Source: Bacteroidales bacterium
Lineage (GTDB): Bacteria > Bacteroidota > Bacteroidia > Bacteroidales > UBA10428
Direction of reading: 5' to 3'
NCBI GenBank assembly: GCA_041737295.1
Contig: JBGSSA010000076.1
Location: forward strand, 1,031-65,030
DNA length: 64,000 nucleotides
Each line of letters starts with the position of its first letter. Within the stretch, counting starts at the first letter, position 1. This document shows positions 1 through 10,009 of this stretch, piece after piece. The notes under the pieces are model-generated. The model made no database searches and was not told where the DNA came from. It saw only the letters and a program-made list of their open reading frames with translations. A program made the position numbers and the translations under genes.

Positions 1-366
1 CAGGGGTGGCAGATACTTTTTGGCTTCCATGTGAAGAGCTGCCACGATACCCCGTCGAATGGCCTGCTGAATGCGGGGATCCGTTACCTCTGCAAAAACA
101 GGATGGTGAATGTGGATGATCTGATTCTTAATAATCGTTTGTATTGTCGATTTTTCATGTGTTCCGATAAAAAGAACATGATCTTTTGTCCTGAACTCAG
201 TACTTTTTGTGAACAGGGTAACTCTCCGCTCGTATTTCTTCATCTTCTCCTGTTGTTTCCTGATCCAGCCTATTTTGGACTCTACAAATTTTCCTGCTGC
301 CTCATAGGAAACAAATTGAGGAAGAGTGACCAGAACCCCCCTGAATGGCTTCAGGGAAATTTTCAT
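1..366 (-). CDS. DUF45/YgjP-like metal-dependent hydrolase, N-terminal part only (gene runs off window start)
   Basis: Absent from the ORF track because there is no stop in the window. My translation of the minus strand from the ATG at 366-364 reads MKISLKPFRGVLVTLPQFVSYEAAGKFVESKIGWIRKQQEKMKKYERRVTLF...IRRGIVAALHMEAKKYLPPL and stays open to base 1. It resembles the N-terminal half of DUF45 proteins. Confidence 0.5.
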   Translation of the reverse strand, partial: MKISLKPFRGVLVTLPQFVSYEAAGKFVESKIGWIRKQQEKMKKYERRVTLFTKSTEFRTKDHVLFIGTHEKSTIQTIIKNQIIHIHHPVFAEVTDPRIQQAIRRGIVAALHMEAKKYLPPL

Positions 367-549
367 GCTCCTTACTGACAATTTACGGATAAAACTGACC
401 TCCCCAATTTCGTTATAAACAACTAACTTAACATTTTCTGTTTTCAAGATCCCTGATTTTTTTTCACCAAAAAATACGCTCTTTTTACGAATTGTTTATG
501 CCAAATTCTAATTTTACAAAATCTAAATATTAACCAAGCAACCATCCCT

Positions 550-1857
550 ATGAATTCCCGAAAATTACTGATCTATTTATCACTTGCTGCAATCTTCCTT
601 ATTATTTTCGTTATTGTTGGTAAGAAGGCCGGTTGGTTAGGAAAATCAATTACTTACGAGGTTACTACGGAAAAAGCCATGCGCCGTGATGTAAATGAAA
701 TCATTACAGCCAATGGCAAAATCCAGCCTGAAACCGAAGTGAAAATTACTTCCGATGTATCCGGTGAAATTGTGGACCTCGTTGTAAAAGATGGAGACTA
801 TGTTAAAAAGGGACAGTTCCTGTTAAAGGTTAAACCCGACAATTACATTTCAGCCAGGGACCGCACATTGGCATCCCTTAATGCAGCCAAGGCAAACTTG
901 GCCAACTCGAGGGCCATGCTAGTACAGGTGAAGTCAAAATACGAACAGGCCCGCTTGTCCCATAACAGAAGCAAGAAGCTCTGGGAAGAAAAAACAATTT
1001 CCCAGGCGGAATGGGAATCGGCCCAATCAGCATACGAGGTGGCCATGGCGGAAGTAACCGCTACCGAGCAAAGTGTTGCAGGAGCAGAATTTGCCGTGCA
1101 CAGCTCCGAAGCTTCACTCAAGGAAGCCAATGAGAACCTTGTAAAAACATCCGTGCATGCCCCTATGGACGGTACCATCTCCTTGCTAAACGTTGAAAAA
1201 GGAGAAAGGGTGGTCGGAACCGATTTGATGAGTGGGACAGAATTATTGCGTGTTGCCAACCTTGACAGGATGGAAGTGCTCACCGAAGTAAACGAGAATG
1301 ATATTGTGAGGGTGAAATTGAATGATTCTGCGCAAATTGAGGTTGATGCATTCCCGGACAGAAAATTCAAGGGGATTGTCACCGAAATAGCCAATTCGGC
1401 TACAACGACCGGTGTAACCACCGACCAGGTAACAAATTTCGAAGTCAAGATCCTCTTATTTAAAGATTCCTATGCCGACCTGGTTACAGAAGGAAAACCC
1501 CAGCCTTTCCGGCCAGGTATGTCGGCATCCGTGGATATCATGACCGAATCCAAAAAAAAGGTAATAACAGTCCCCCTCCAATCCGTAACAATGCTTGCTG
1601 ATTCGCTTATAAAATCTGATACTTCCTTAACAGCAAAGTCCAAACCTGAACCAAAGGAAGTTGTATTCGTTTATGATAAGGGAGAGGCCCGGACAACCAT
1701 TGTAAAAACCGGGATACAAGACAACAATTACATTGAAGTTGTAAACGGGCTTGCTGATAGTGCAGAGGTAGTGACAGCCCCTTATAATGTGATTACCAAG
1801 AAATTAAAAGATGGCTCACTCCTGAAAAAAGTTAAAAAAGAAGACCTCACTAAATAA
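550..1857 (+). CDS. HlyD/MacA-type efflux transporter periplasmic adaptor subunit
   Basis: N-terminal membrane anchor (LLIYLSLAAIFLIIFVIV). Lipoyl-like hairpin motif VSGEIVDLVVKDGDYVKKGQFLLKV. Long coiled-coil segment followed by a beta-barrel region. Confidence 0.85.
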   Translation: MNSRKLLIYLSLAAIFLIIFVIVGKKAGWLGKSITYEVTTEKAMRRDVNEIITANGKIQPETEVKITSDVSGEIVDLVVKDGDYVKKGQFLLKVKPDNYISARDRTLASLNAAKANLANSRAMLVQVKSKYEQARLSHNRSKKLWEEKTISQAEWESAQSAYEVAMAEVTATEQSVAGAEFAVHSSEASLKEANENLVKTSVHAPMDGTISLLNVEKGERVVGTDLMSGTELLRVANLDRMEVLTEVNENDIVRVKLNDSAQIEVDAFPDRKFKGIVTEIANSATTTGVTTDQVTNFEVKILLFKDSYADLVTEGKPQPFRPGMSASVDIMTESKKKVITVPLQSVTMLADSLIKSDTSLTAKSKPEPKEVVFVYDKGEARTTIVKTGIQDNNYIEVVNGLADSAEVVTAPYNVITKKLKDGSLLKKVKKEDLTK

Positions 1858-1860
1858 TTA

Positions 1861-2577
1861 ATGGCAGCCATACTCAATATAGAAACTGCAACACCACTAT
1901 GCTCGGTCGCCCTGTCGATTGATGGTCAAATCACAGCCCGCCGTGAAACCTTCGAAGAAAAATCACATGCTGCCAGGCTTACTGTATTTATTGAGGAAAT
2001 TATTAAGGAACAGGGACTTCGCATAAAAGATCTTCATGCCATTGCCATCGGAAAAGGTCCCGGCTCATATACCGGTCTCCGGATTGGCGTTTCCACTGCC
2101 AAAGGCCTGTGTTATGGCGCAGGGATACCGCTTATTGCCGTCGGAACATTACACGTAATGGTTAATCATGCCATCGGCATATGCAGGGAAAGGTCAATCC
2201 CTGTTTCGGATGAGAACATGCTTTTTTGTCCCATGATCGATGCGCGCAGAATGGAAGTTTTTTCGAGCATCTACAAGGCATCAGGAGAGAAAATAGAACC
2301 TGTTTCGGCAAAAATAATTGATGCCGGCACATATGCCCGTTATCTTCAAACTTCAAAAATCTATTTTTTTGGATCCGGAATGGAAAAATGCCGTGAGGTT
2401 CTGTCTCATCCGAACGCTTTTTTTCTGGATGAAATTTATCCCCATGCTGCAGCCCTGGCAACCCTGGCAGAAGAAAAATACACAAATGGGCAATTTGAGA
2501 ATCTGGCCTATTTTGAGCCGTTCTACCTGAAGGAATTCGTTGCCACAGTATCAAAAAAAAATTTACCCGTTCAATAA
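1861..2577 (+). CDS. tsaB: tRNA t6A37 threonylcarbamoyltransferase complex dimerization subunit TsaB (YeaZ)
   Basis: ILNIETATPLCSVAL start and the GKGPGSYTGLRIGVSTAKGL motif typical of TsaB. Length is about 238 aa. Confidence 0.85.
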   Translation: MAAILNIETATPLCSVALSIDGQITARRETFEEKSHAARLTVFIEEIIKEQGLRIKDLHAIAIGKGPGSYTGLRIGVSTAKGLCYGAGIPLIAVGTLHVMVNHAIGICRERSIPVSDENMLFCPMIDARRMEVFSSIYKASGEKIEPVSAKIIDAGTYARYLQTSKIYFFGSGMEKCREVLSHPNAFFLDEIYPHAAALATLAEEKYTNGQFENLAYFEPFYLKEFVATVSKKNLPVQ

Positions 2578-2605
2578 TAATTCTGTTAATACGTTAGATA
2601 GCCGA

Positions 2606-3400
2606 ATGAGAATCCCTTACACTATTGTAAAGCATATTTTGATAGTTCTCCTTCTCAGTATATCTGCCGGAGGATTTGGTCAGTTTAAGGAACATGTCAG
2701 CCGTGACAAATCATACAAGGATGGGGAAAATCTGCTCTATGTAGTAAAATTTGGTCCGATTGTGGGAGGGACTGCCTCCCTTGTGCTGAAACATGAGTAT
2801 TTTAATAACAAAATTGTCTTCCATGCCCGTGGAGAGGCGAAAACAGTTGGTCTTGCAGAAAAACTGTACAGTGTCAAAGACATATTCGAGAGTTTTTTTG
2901 ATATCCATACAGTGCTCCCCTACAAGGCTATCCGCGATGTAAAGGAAGGCAATTACAGAAAGCATGAGGAGGCTATTTTCAACCATGCCGGAAATACAGT
3001 TTACAGTTCCCGTAAGGATACCCTCATAGCAATTCCTCATAACACATTGGACATGATGTCATTGCTTTACTATATCCGAAGCATTGATATTCATAATATG
3101 AAGAAGGGAGATGTGTTGCGCACAGTCACTTTTTTTGATGAGGAACTATTCCCCTTTGAAATTCGCTTCAAGGGCACCGAGGTAATTAAATCAAAATACG
3201 GCAAAATACGGTGTTACCGTTTTGACCCTGTGGTTGAACCAGGCCGTATGTTTGAATCTGAAGATGATATGACCATCTGGATATCCGCTGACAGGAACCT
3301 TATTCCCATAAAAGTGAAGTTTAATCTTGTAGTTGGATCGTTGCACATGGAACTCACTGAGTATTCCAACCTGAAATACCCCCTTGGTATTAATCCCTGA
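2606..3400 (+). CDS. DUF3108 domain-containing secreted protein
   Basis: Track ORF is 2540-3400. The likely start is the ATG at 2606, giving signal peptide MRIPYTIVKHILIVLLLSISAGGFGQ. The remainder (YVVKFGPIVGGTASL..., beta-rich) resembles DUF3108. Confidence 0.6.
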   Translation: MRIPYTIVKHILIVLLLSISAGGFGQFKEHVSRDKSYKDGENLLYVVKFGPIVGGTASLVLKHEYFNNKIVFHARGEAKTVGLAEKLYSVKDIFESFFDIHTVLPYKAIRDVKEGNYRKHEEAIFNHAGNTVYSSRKDTLIAIPHNTLDMMSLLYYIRSIDIHNMKKGDVLRTVTFFDEELFPFEIRFKGTEVIKSKYGKIRCYRFDPVVEPGRMFESEDDMTIWISADRNLIPIKVKFNLVVGSLHMELTEYSNLKYPLGINP

Positions 3401-3495
3401 TGAACTGAAATGAAACACACTTGACCCATCATTCGTAAATAGAATGAAAATCAAGGGGTTTTTCCATACCTTGCAAATTATAGGCGGTCCGGATC

Positions 3496-4764
3496 TTGGA
3501 AATAAATGCTTTTGAACTTCAACAGATGAAAGAAAACAGACAGGATAAAGCTTCGATTAACAGGCTGCAGCTTACCACTTTCAAGCTGCAATCCCTGTTG
3601 AATATTACAATGGCTATTAATAACAATCTTTCACAGGATGAATTGCTCGATACCTATGAAAAACTGCTTACTACTGACCTGAATATCGGAAAGGTCCTGA
3701 TTTATAAGCTGGCAGACAAATGGCAATGCATCCTTAAATCAGGAATGGTAGGCGATTCATACGGAAGTATTGACGTTGAAAGAGACCTTAAGCCGATAGA
3801 AGATATCTCCTTTATTACCTCTTCTCCGAACAAGACGCTGAATGCATTTGATATTGTAATCCCTGTAATTAATAATGGCGCACCCATAGCCTATGTGATA
3901 CTCGGGGATATTGAAGAGGGTGAAGGTGTAAGCCCGATCATCAAACATCTGAATTTTATACAGACCCTGACCAATATTATTGTGGTAGCCATTGAAAATA
4001 TGAGGCTTTTTAAGGAAAGCCTGCAACAGGCTGCCATAAAAAAGGAGCTTGAACTGGCATCCAAAATGCAGAACATGCTTATTCCGAATTCCTCAAGCCT
4101 GCCCCGGAATGATAAAATTTATATGACAGCCTTTTATCTGCCTCACTTTGATGTGGGGGGAGATTATTACGATTATATATCCCTTAACCGAAACGAATTT
4201 GGATTTTGTATCGCCGACGTATCCGGAAAAGGAATGTCGGCAGCCCTTCTCATGTCAAATTTTCAGGCGAATCTGCGAGCCCTTTTCACATATGATATTT
4301 CCCTGGATGCATTGGTCGAAAAATTAAATGAAAGGGTTATGCACGCTGCCAACGGTGAGAAATTCATTACCCTGTTCATCGGTAAGTTTAATTACAAGAC
4401 CCGGGAACTTCAGTATATTAATGCGGGTCATAACCAACCCATGATGTATCAGAAGGACCGTAAGAACCTTACATTGCTGGCCAAGGGATGCGTAGGCATC
4501 GGCATGCTGGATGAGATTCCGCTTATCAGAAAAGGATCCGTTACACTTGAAGAACATACTAAAATCATTTGTTATACGGACGGCCTGGTGGAACTGATCG
4601 ATGGCAAAGAAGTTTCCTTCGGTACAAAGGAAATTGAAGACTGCATCATGAATAATAACAGCATTGAGGAGAATATCCAGGCTATAATCAAGAAACAGGG
4701 CATTGCTGAAGGCAGTGCCTCAATCTTTGATGATATTTCAATGCTGGGTATCGAGTTTTTCTAG
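3496..4764 (+). CDS. PP2C/SpoIIE-family serine phosphatase with N-terminal GAF-like sensor domain
   Basis: C-terminal PPM motifs GGDYYDY, ADVSGKGMSAALLMS and YTDGLVE. The N-terminal ~170 aa look GAF-like. The track start is TTG. An ATG alternative lies at 3526. Confidence 0.8.
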   Translation: MEINAFELQQMKENRQDKASINRLQLTTFKLQSLLNITMAINNNLSQDELLDTYEKLLTTDLNIGKVLIYKLADKWQCILKSGMVGDSYGSIDVERDLKPIEDISFITSSPNKTLNAFDIVIPVINNGAPIAYVILGDIEEGEGVSPIIKHLNFIQTLTNIIVVAIENMRLFKESLQQAAIKKELELASKMQNMLIPNSSSLPRNDKIYMTAFYLPHFDVGGDYYDYISLNRNEFGFCIADVSGKGMSAALLMSNFQANLRALFTYDISLDALVEKLNERVMHAANGEKFITLFIGKFNYKTRELQYINAGHNQPMMYQKDRKNLTLLAKGCVGIGMLDEIPLIRKGSVTLEEHTKIICYTDGLVELIDGKEVSFGTKEIEDCIMNNNSIEENIQAIIKKQGIAEGSASIFDDISMLGIEFF

Positions 4765-6216
4765 ATCACTGCCCTGATGTTGATCTTCCCAGGGATAGAA
4801 AATATCCAGTGAAACGAAGGCCGCTATAAATCCCCAGAACAAGGATGAGGCCTTATCAGTATCGAGAAAATTGTTCAGACTTCCATGAATCAGATACGTG
4901 ATAAGTCCAAGGATCATTCCCAACACAATCCCTCTTAACCTCTTGTTGGTAAGCCTGAAATATACGCGGAATCCGGTGATCAGGCTTACAATGCCTATAA
5001 TAACAAAAGACAGGCTCCCCAGGAAACCGCTTTCTGCCAACGGGCCGATGTATTCACTGTGTGCATTGCCCATGTCACCAAAGTCGGTACTGATACCGGT
5101 TTTATCACGTAAAAGCTGGTAAGGGGCATACCTGAAGCTATAGGTTCCCGGTCCGTGCCCGAATACCGGCTTTTCCCTGAACATCCTTATGGCTGAATTC
5201 CAGCGGTTGATCCGCTCAAGGTTCGATTCATCCGTTGAAATATTCGACACTGACTTTACATGTTCCGAAAGCGTCACAGATGAATTCTGCCGGTTCTGCT
5301 CCATTTTCTGCAATAGCTCTACCCTTTTCCCGGCCAGGTATACCACCATAACTACACCGACTACAAGAATATATTTGAACTTTATCCTGAAAATAGCCAG
5401 GAAAAGAATACCGCTTGCAACAATTACACTCATCCACGCAGCCCTTGTATACGAAAGCACCAGGCCGGCTCCCAGCACAAACCAGGGTCCCCATAAAAAT
5501 ATCCTTAACAGCATGTTACCCCTCCTGCTTAACAGGACCCCGCCCAGGGCAAAAATCAGCATGGCAAGTATTGCCCCGTACGACGTATGGTCACGAAAAA
5601 AGGGACTCATTACAATATGTGCAGCCTCCGAATCAAATAGCCCATACTGAACATGCCTGGATATCGTAAAAACCACTACAAAGATCATGGCAATCACATA
5701 ACTCCATATGAATACCGGAATAGTCCGGTATTTACGGAAAACAAGGATCGCCAGAAAATAATAAATCGTAATGAACCAAATCCTCGCCAGGAGAAATTTG
5801 ATTGAAACCATTGGCATTGTACTGGTTATTGTCGTAATCAGTATCCAAATAATATTGAAAAAAATTGCATAGGTTACCGGATGAGTGACAATCCGCATAT
5901 CAAAGGATCTGTCATAAAGAATTTTATAATAAAATATGATCATCATGCCAAAAAGCATGGGTTCGGTGGGAATGGCAAAATCAATGGGTGAAGAAGGAAA
6001 AAAATCGATAAGCTGAACAGACAGCGGTGTACAAAAAATAATTATAAAATACATCAGATCGAGCCGGGCCAACACAAGATAAATCATCAGCAATACAATC
6101 GGCAGCAGGTTGAAGTAATAAAAATTCCGGCCCGTAAAAATTATATCGGCAACCAGGTAAATTAATACAAGGCTGATAACGAGGATATGCTTTTTCAGGA
6201 TTTCCAACCAGGGCAT
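4738..6216 (-). CDS. O-antigen ligase / Wzy-like polymerase family membrane protein
   Basis: More than 10 predicted TM helices and a large loop with RINRWNSAIRMFREKPVFGHGPGTY, the typical Wzy_C/O-antigen ligase signature. Confidence 0.75.
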   Translation of the reverse strand: MPWLEILKKHILVISLVLIYLVADIIFTGRNFYYFNLLPIVLLMIYLVLARLDLMYFIIIFCTPLSVQLIDFFPSSPIDFAIPTEPMLFGMMIIFYYKILYDRSFDMRIVTHPVTYAIFFNIIWILITTITSTMPMVSIKFLLARIWFITIYYFLAILVFRKYRTIPVFIWSYVIAMIFVVVFTISRHVQYGLFDSEAAHIVMSPFFRDHTSYGAILAMLIFALGGVLLSRRGNMLLRIFLWGPWFVLGAGLVLSYTRAAWMSVIVASGILFLAIFRIKFKYILVVGVVMVVYLAGKRVELLQKMEQNRQNSSVTLSEHVKSVSNISTDESNLERINRWNSAIRMFREKPVFGHGPGTYSFRYAPYQLLRDKTGISTDFGDMGNAHSEYIGPLAESGFLGSLSFVIIGIVSLITGFRVYFRLTNKRLRGIVLGMILGLITYLIHGSLNNFLDTDKASSLFWGFIAAFVSLDIFYPWEDQHQGSDLEKLDTQH

Positions 6217-6220
6217 ATTG

Positions 6221-7240
6221 CTAGTTTCTGGCTTTAATACTGTCTATGATCAGCAACAAAATGATTGAAAGTGCCAGCGTGGACAGAGTTGTCATCATGA
6301 CAATGAAAGTCCGCTTTGGAGAGACCTTCTTTTCTTCAACCCGCGCTTTGTCGACGATAAATACCTGAGGAACTGAATTTTCAATATATACTTTCTGCGA
6401 GGCATACTTGGACTTCAGCAAGCCAAGCCTGTCTATTTCTGATTCCAGTTTTTGCGACAACTCCACATATTTACCCCCATAAACTGACAGTATATTCAGC
6501 TGTTTCATTAACGCTTCAGCTGCCTGACTATTGCCGCGCTCCAGGGCATTAGCATATGCCGTATTCAATGCGGAGGCCTGGGATTCATAATCAATCATGC
6601 CCTTTTGCCTGAGCAACTGCAGTGAATCACTATACTTGCGCACGTCAGCCTGTGAACTCTCATACTCGCTTTTTACAATATTAAAGGCATCCATTGCCCT
6701 TTTCTTCTGCATATTATGAACGGTTGAATCGACATATACGGTGATTTCATTGGCAATAGCAGCTGCCATTTTCGGATCAGTATCAAAAACTCCGATTTCT
6801 ATCGACATGTACTGAGTTCTGCGGAATTTAACATTGCCATTGTATTTGCCTTTAAGTTGATTTTCGGGATAAGGGGAGGAAGATTTAATCTTGTAGTGTT
6901 CCATCAGGTTGAACTTTTTCGCGACATGATCCCTTATTTCGCTGGATCGCAGAATCTGAAGCATTCGCTCAATTTCACCATCACCGCCAAATGAGAGCAC
7001 ATCCCGGCTGTCCATTGAAATTGTAGATGTTTCTATAAGACTCCTTGACAAGGACAGGGAAGCTGCCGGAAAAATAATAACTTCTGACCTGTAACGGGGA
7101 GTAATATTCAGCGATACAATAATTGACAGAATGAAAGCAACTAGTGAAAGTGCAATCAATATCCATTTTTTATTCCAAAGAAATCGAATAAGATCAAAGG
7201 TATCATACACAAAATTCGGGTTCTTTTTTCTCGTCTCCAT
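6221..7240 (-). CDS. Wzz-like polysaccharide chain-length determinant protein (no kinase domain)
   Basis: N-terminal TM (WILIALSLVAFILSIIVSL), a long coiled-coil periplasmic region and a C-terminal TM (TFIVMMTTLSTLALSIILLLII). It sits 5 nt from the Wzy-like gene. Confidence 0.7.
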   Translation of the reverse strand: METRKKNPNFVYDTFDLIRFLWNKKWILIALSLVAFILSIIVSLNITPRYRSEVIIFPAASLSLSRSLIETSTISMDSRDVLSFGGDGEIERMLQILRSSEIRDHVAKKFNLMEHYKIKSSSPYPENQLKGKYNGNVKFRRTQYMSIEIGVFDTDPKMAAAIANEITVYVDSTVHNMQKKRAMDAFNIVKSEYESSQADVRKYSDSLQLLRQKGMIDYESQASALNTAYANALERGNSQAAEALMKQLNILSVYGGKYVELSQKLESEIDRLGLLKSKYASQKVYIENSVPQVFIVDKARVEEKKVSPKRTFIVMMTTLSTLALSIILLLIIDSIKARN

Positions 7241-7250
7241 AATGTAATGA

Positions 7251-8528
7251 TTAATTGATTGTTATAAGGTAATAGTTCTTTTTCCCCTTTTGAATGAGAA
7301 TATATTTATTGTTGATCAGATCGGATACACCCAGTGAATAAAACTCATCCTCTATTTTTCCCTTATTCAGGCTCACACCACCTCCCTTGATCATCTTCCT
7401 GGCCTCGCCCTTTGACGGGAATATTCCTGTCTTTTCTCCCAGCAGGTCAATTATGTTAATCCCCGAATCTATTGCAGTTCTGTCCAGCGTTGAAACGGGC
7501 ACCCCGTCAAATACATTTAGGAATGTTGCTTCATCAAGCTTTCTAAGCGTATCCGTTGTTCCCTTCCCGAAGAGAATATCTGAGGCTTCGATGGCTGCCT
7601 CAAGTCCTTCTTTTGAATGTACCATGAGGGTTACGGTTTCAGCCAGTTTTTTCTGAAGAAGTCTCATATGAGGAGCATTGCTGTGTTCTGCAATGATGCT
7701 CTCTACCTCTGATTTGTCGAGCAGGGTAAACAATTTGATATATTTAACCGCATCCTCATCCGATACATTGAGCCAAAACTGATAAAATGCATAGGCTGAA
7801 GTTTTAGCCGGATCAAGCCACACATTTCCCTTCTCAGATTTTCCGAACTTGCCTCCATCGGCCTTAGTAACGAGGGGACATGTTAATGCAAAGGCTTCCC
7901 CCCCGTCTTTGCGGCGTATTAATTCGGTACCTGTAACGATATTTCCCCATTGATCCGAACCGCCCATCTGCAGGCGGCAGTTTTTATGCGAATACAGATA
8001 GTAATAATCATATCCCTGTACAAGCTGATAGCTGAATTCTGTGAAAGATATCCCCGTTTCGAGTCTCTTCTTAACGGAATCCTTTGCCATCATATAGTTT
8101 ACGGTTATGTGTTTGCCGACATCACGAAGAAAATCCAGAAACGAAAACTCTTTAAACCAATCGAAGTTGTTTACAATTTCAGCCGAGTTAGCGCCGCAGT
8201 CAAAGTTCAGAAATTTTTCAAGCTGCCGGCGTTGGCAACCCAGGTTATGGTTCAGGGTTTTTTCGTCAAGAAATTTGCGCTCCTCTGATTTACCCGAAGG
8301 ATCTCCGACCATACCGGTGGCTCCTCCGACGAGTGCCAGGGGTTTGTGGCCGGCACGCTGAAAATGGACAAGCAGCATGATCGGCAACAGATTTCCAATG
8401 TGTAATGAATCAGCGGTAGGATCGAATCCGATATAGCCCGTGGTCATCTCTTTATTGAGCTGTTCTTCCGTACCCGGCATCATATCGTGCACCATTCCCC
8501 TCCACTCGAGTTCCTCAACGAATGTCAT
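7251..8528 (-). CDS. tyrS: tyrosine--tRNA ligase
   Basis: Class I signatures HIGN ([10 protein letters not shown]) and KFGKS ([10 protein letters not shown]), plus a C-terminal S4-like domain. The track ORF extends to 8585, but [15 protein letters not shown] at 8528 is the typical start. Confidence 0.95.
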   Translation of the reverse strand: MTFVEELEWRGMVHDMMPGTEEQLNKEMTTGYIGFDPTADSLHIGNLLPIMLLVHFQRAGHKPLALVGGATGMVGDPSGKSEERKFLDEKTLNHNLGCQRRQLEKFLNFDCGANSAEIVNNFDWFKEFSFLDFLRDVGKHITVNYMMAKDSVKKRLETGISFTEFSYQLVQGYDYYYLYSHKNCRLQMGGSDQWGNIVTGTELIRRKDGGEAFALTCPLVTKADGGKFGKSEKGNVWLDPAKTSAYAFYQFWLNVSDEDAVKYIKLFTLLDKSEVESIIAEHSNAPHMRLLQKKLAETVTLMVHSKEGLEAAIEASDILFGKGTTDTLRKLDEATFLNVFDGVPVSTLDRTAIDSGINIIDLLGEKTGIFPSKGEARKMIKGGGVSLNKGKIEDEFYSLGVSDLINNKYILIQKGKKNYYLITIN

Positions 8529-8577
8529 ATATGTAATTTTCGGCAAAGATAATATTTTAAAGCATGAACCTGTTTTT

Positions 8578-9090
8578 TCATACAAATTCCTCGTGCCTGA
8601 TCCCTTTGTCCATATCCCCCAGGGATGGGAACAGAAACAGGGTGGCCGAAGTTACAGGTTTATAAAAGAATGACCCCTCCCTTGCATTTTTTGGCAGTAT
8701 ACTGATCTGTTTGTCAAGCCGGTCAATAAAAAGTAGTAAGATGCCCACAATCAGCATCACCTTGCAAATATTAAATAAAGCGCCGGCCAGCTTGTTCATG
8801 AGTGACAACGGTGAAGACTCCACTACCTTATCCAGCAAATTACCCAACATAGTAATCAGGATAAATACACCCGTAAAGGTTATTGCAAGGGAAACCATGA
8901 AAAGATACTCGTAATCAAATGACCAGTGTTTAATAAGAAAGCGTGCCGTAAATCCTGAGAATTTAAGAGCCAGGAAAACTCCTGCAATCAGGGCAGCCAG
9001 GGATGCCATCTGTAATACAAGTCCCCGTGTAATTCCGCGAAACACGGCGTAAACAAGCAAAACCATGATGAACATGTCAATAAAATTCAT
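8578..9090 (-). CDS. cvpA: CvpA family membrane protein
   Basis: [25 protein letters not shown] is a typical CvpA N-terminus, and there are 4 TM segments. The track ORF start at 9141 is an upstream GTG extension. Confidence 0.75.
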   Translation of the reverse strand: MNFIDMFIMVLLVYAVFRGITRGLVLQMASLAALIAGVFLALKFSGFTARFLIKHWSFDYEYLFMVSLAITFTGVFILITMLGNLLDKVVESSPLSLMNKLAGALFNICKVMLIVGILLLFIDRLDKQISILPKNAREGSFFYKPVTSATLFLFPSLGDMDKGIRHEEFV

Positions 9091-9140
9091 AGATCCCACG
9101 TATTTATATGTTAAAAGTACTGAAAATTCCGAACTTCCCA

Positions 9141-9172
9141 CCTAAGCCCCTAAGCCCCTAAACCCCTATTTA
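9141..9172. repeat. octamer micro-tandem array in the divergent cvpA / radical-SAM spacer
   Basis: CCTAAGCC CCTAAGCC CCTAAACC CCTATTTA. Confidence 0.8.
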
Positions 9173-9190
9173 CTTTATCGCTTAAACTTC

Positions 9191-9198
9191 TACCTTTG
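9191..9198 (+). promoter_or_regulatory. -7 box (TAnnTTTG) upstream of the radical SAM gene
   Basis: TACCTTTG, 19 nt before the ATG at 9218. Confidence 0.4.
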
Positions 9199-9217
9199 CC
9201 CTCATAATCTTGTGACA

Positions 9218-9994
9218 ATGTCCACCTTTCTGTTCGACAGCATTATTTTCGGACCTGTATGGAGTCGCCGACTCGGGGAATCACTGGGTATAAACCTGTT
9301 ACCGGCGAACCGAAAAGTCTGCAATTTTAACTGCATTTATTGTGAATGCGGACTTACGCCAAAAGAAACTCCTTCTTCTGAATTTCCTTCCCGCGGGGAG
9401 GTTAAAAAATTACTTTCCATCCGCCTGCAGGAAATGAAAAATAAGGGGGAGTACTTGAATAGCATAACTTTTGCAGGTAACGGGGAACCTACACTTCACC
9501 CCGATTTTTCAGCCATTATGTCGGATACCGTGGAAGTCAGGAATGCCATCTTTCCCGAAGCGAAGATCACCGTATTGTCGAACGCTACCCGTGCGGGAAT
9601 TAAAAACATCTTTGAAGCACTTTCCCTGGCTGATCTGAACATACTCAAACTCGATTCGGCCATTGAAAGTACCCTGCTTCACATCAATTGTCCAACCGGT
9701 AACTTCAGCTTACCATCCCTGATCGATTCCCTTACCCGGTTCAATGGAAAATTAATCATTCAGACTCTCTTTTTCCGTGGTAAATTTATGGGCACGGACA
9801 TCGATAATTCGTCAGCTTCTGAAATTTCGGCCTGGTTAAAGGTCATCGGTATGTTGAAACCTGAATGCGTGATGATCTATTCGCTTGCGCGGGATACACC
9901 GGTGCAGGGTTTGGAACGTATCGAAGCTGAAAAACTCACAGCTATCGCCAGACGTGTTGAAGAACTCGGTATTTCCGCGCAGGTATCACCCTGA
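9218..9994 (+). CDS. radical SAM protein of unknown function
   Basis: CX3CX2C cluster CNFNCIYC preceded by FGPVWSRRLGESLGINL. No SPASM-type extra cysteine cluster is visible. Start is the ATG at 9218 (track: GTG at 9212). Confidence 0.8.
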   Translation: MSTFLFDSIIFGPVWSRRLGESLGINLLPANRKVCNFNCIYCECGLTPKETPSSEFPSRGEVKKLLSIRLQEMKNKGEYLNSITFAGNGEPTLHPDFSAIMSDTVEVRNAIFPEAKITVLSNATRAGIKNIFEALSLADLNILKLDSAIESTLLHINCPTGNFSLPSLIDSLTRFNGKLIIQTLFFRGKFMGTDIDNSSASEISAWLKVIGMLKPECVMIYSLARDTPVQGLERIEAEKLTAIARRVEELGISAQVSP

Positions 9995-10009
9995 TAAAAC
10001 CGGATCAGA

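Noticed and set aside
31-378. 115-aa plus-strand ORF at the window start
   Set aside because: The translation has no recognisable motifs and is Cys/Phe/Leu-rich. It lies exactly antisense to a much more convincing DUF45-like reading frame (366 down to 1) that stays open to the window edge.
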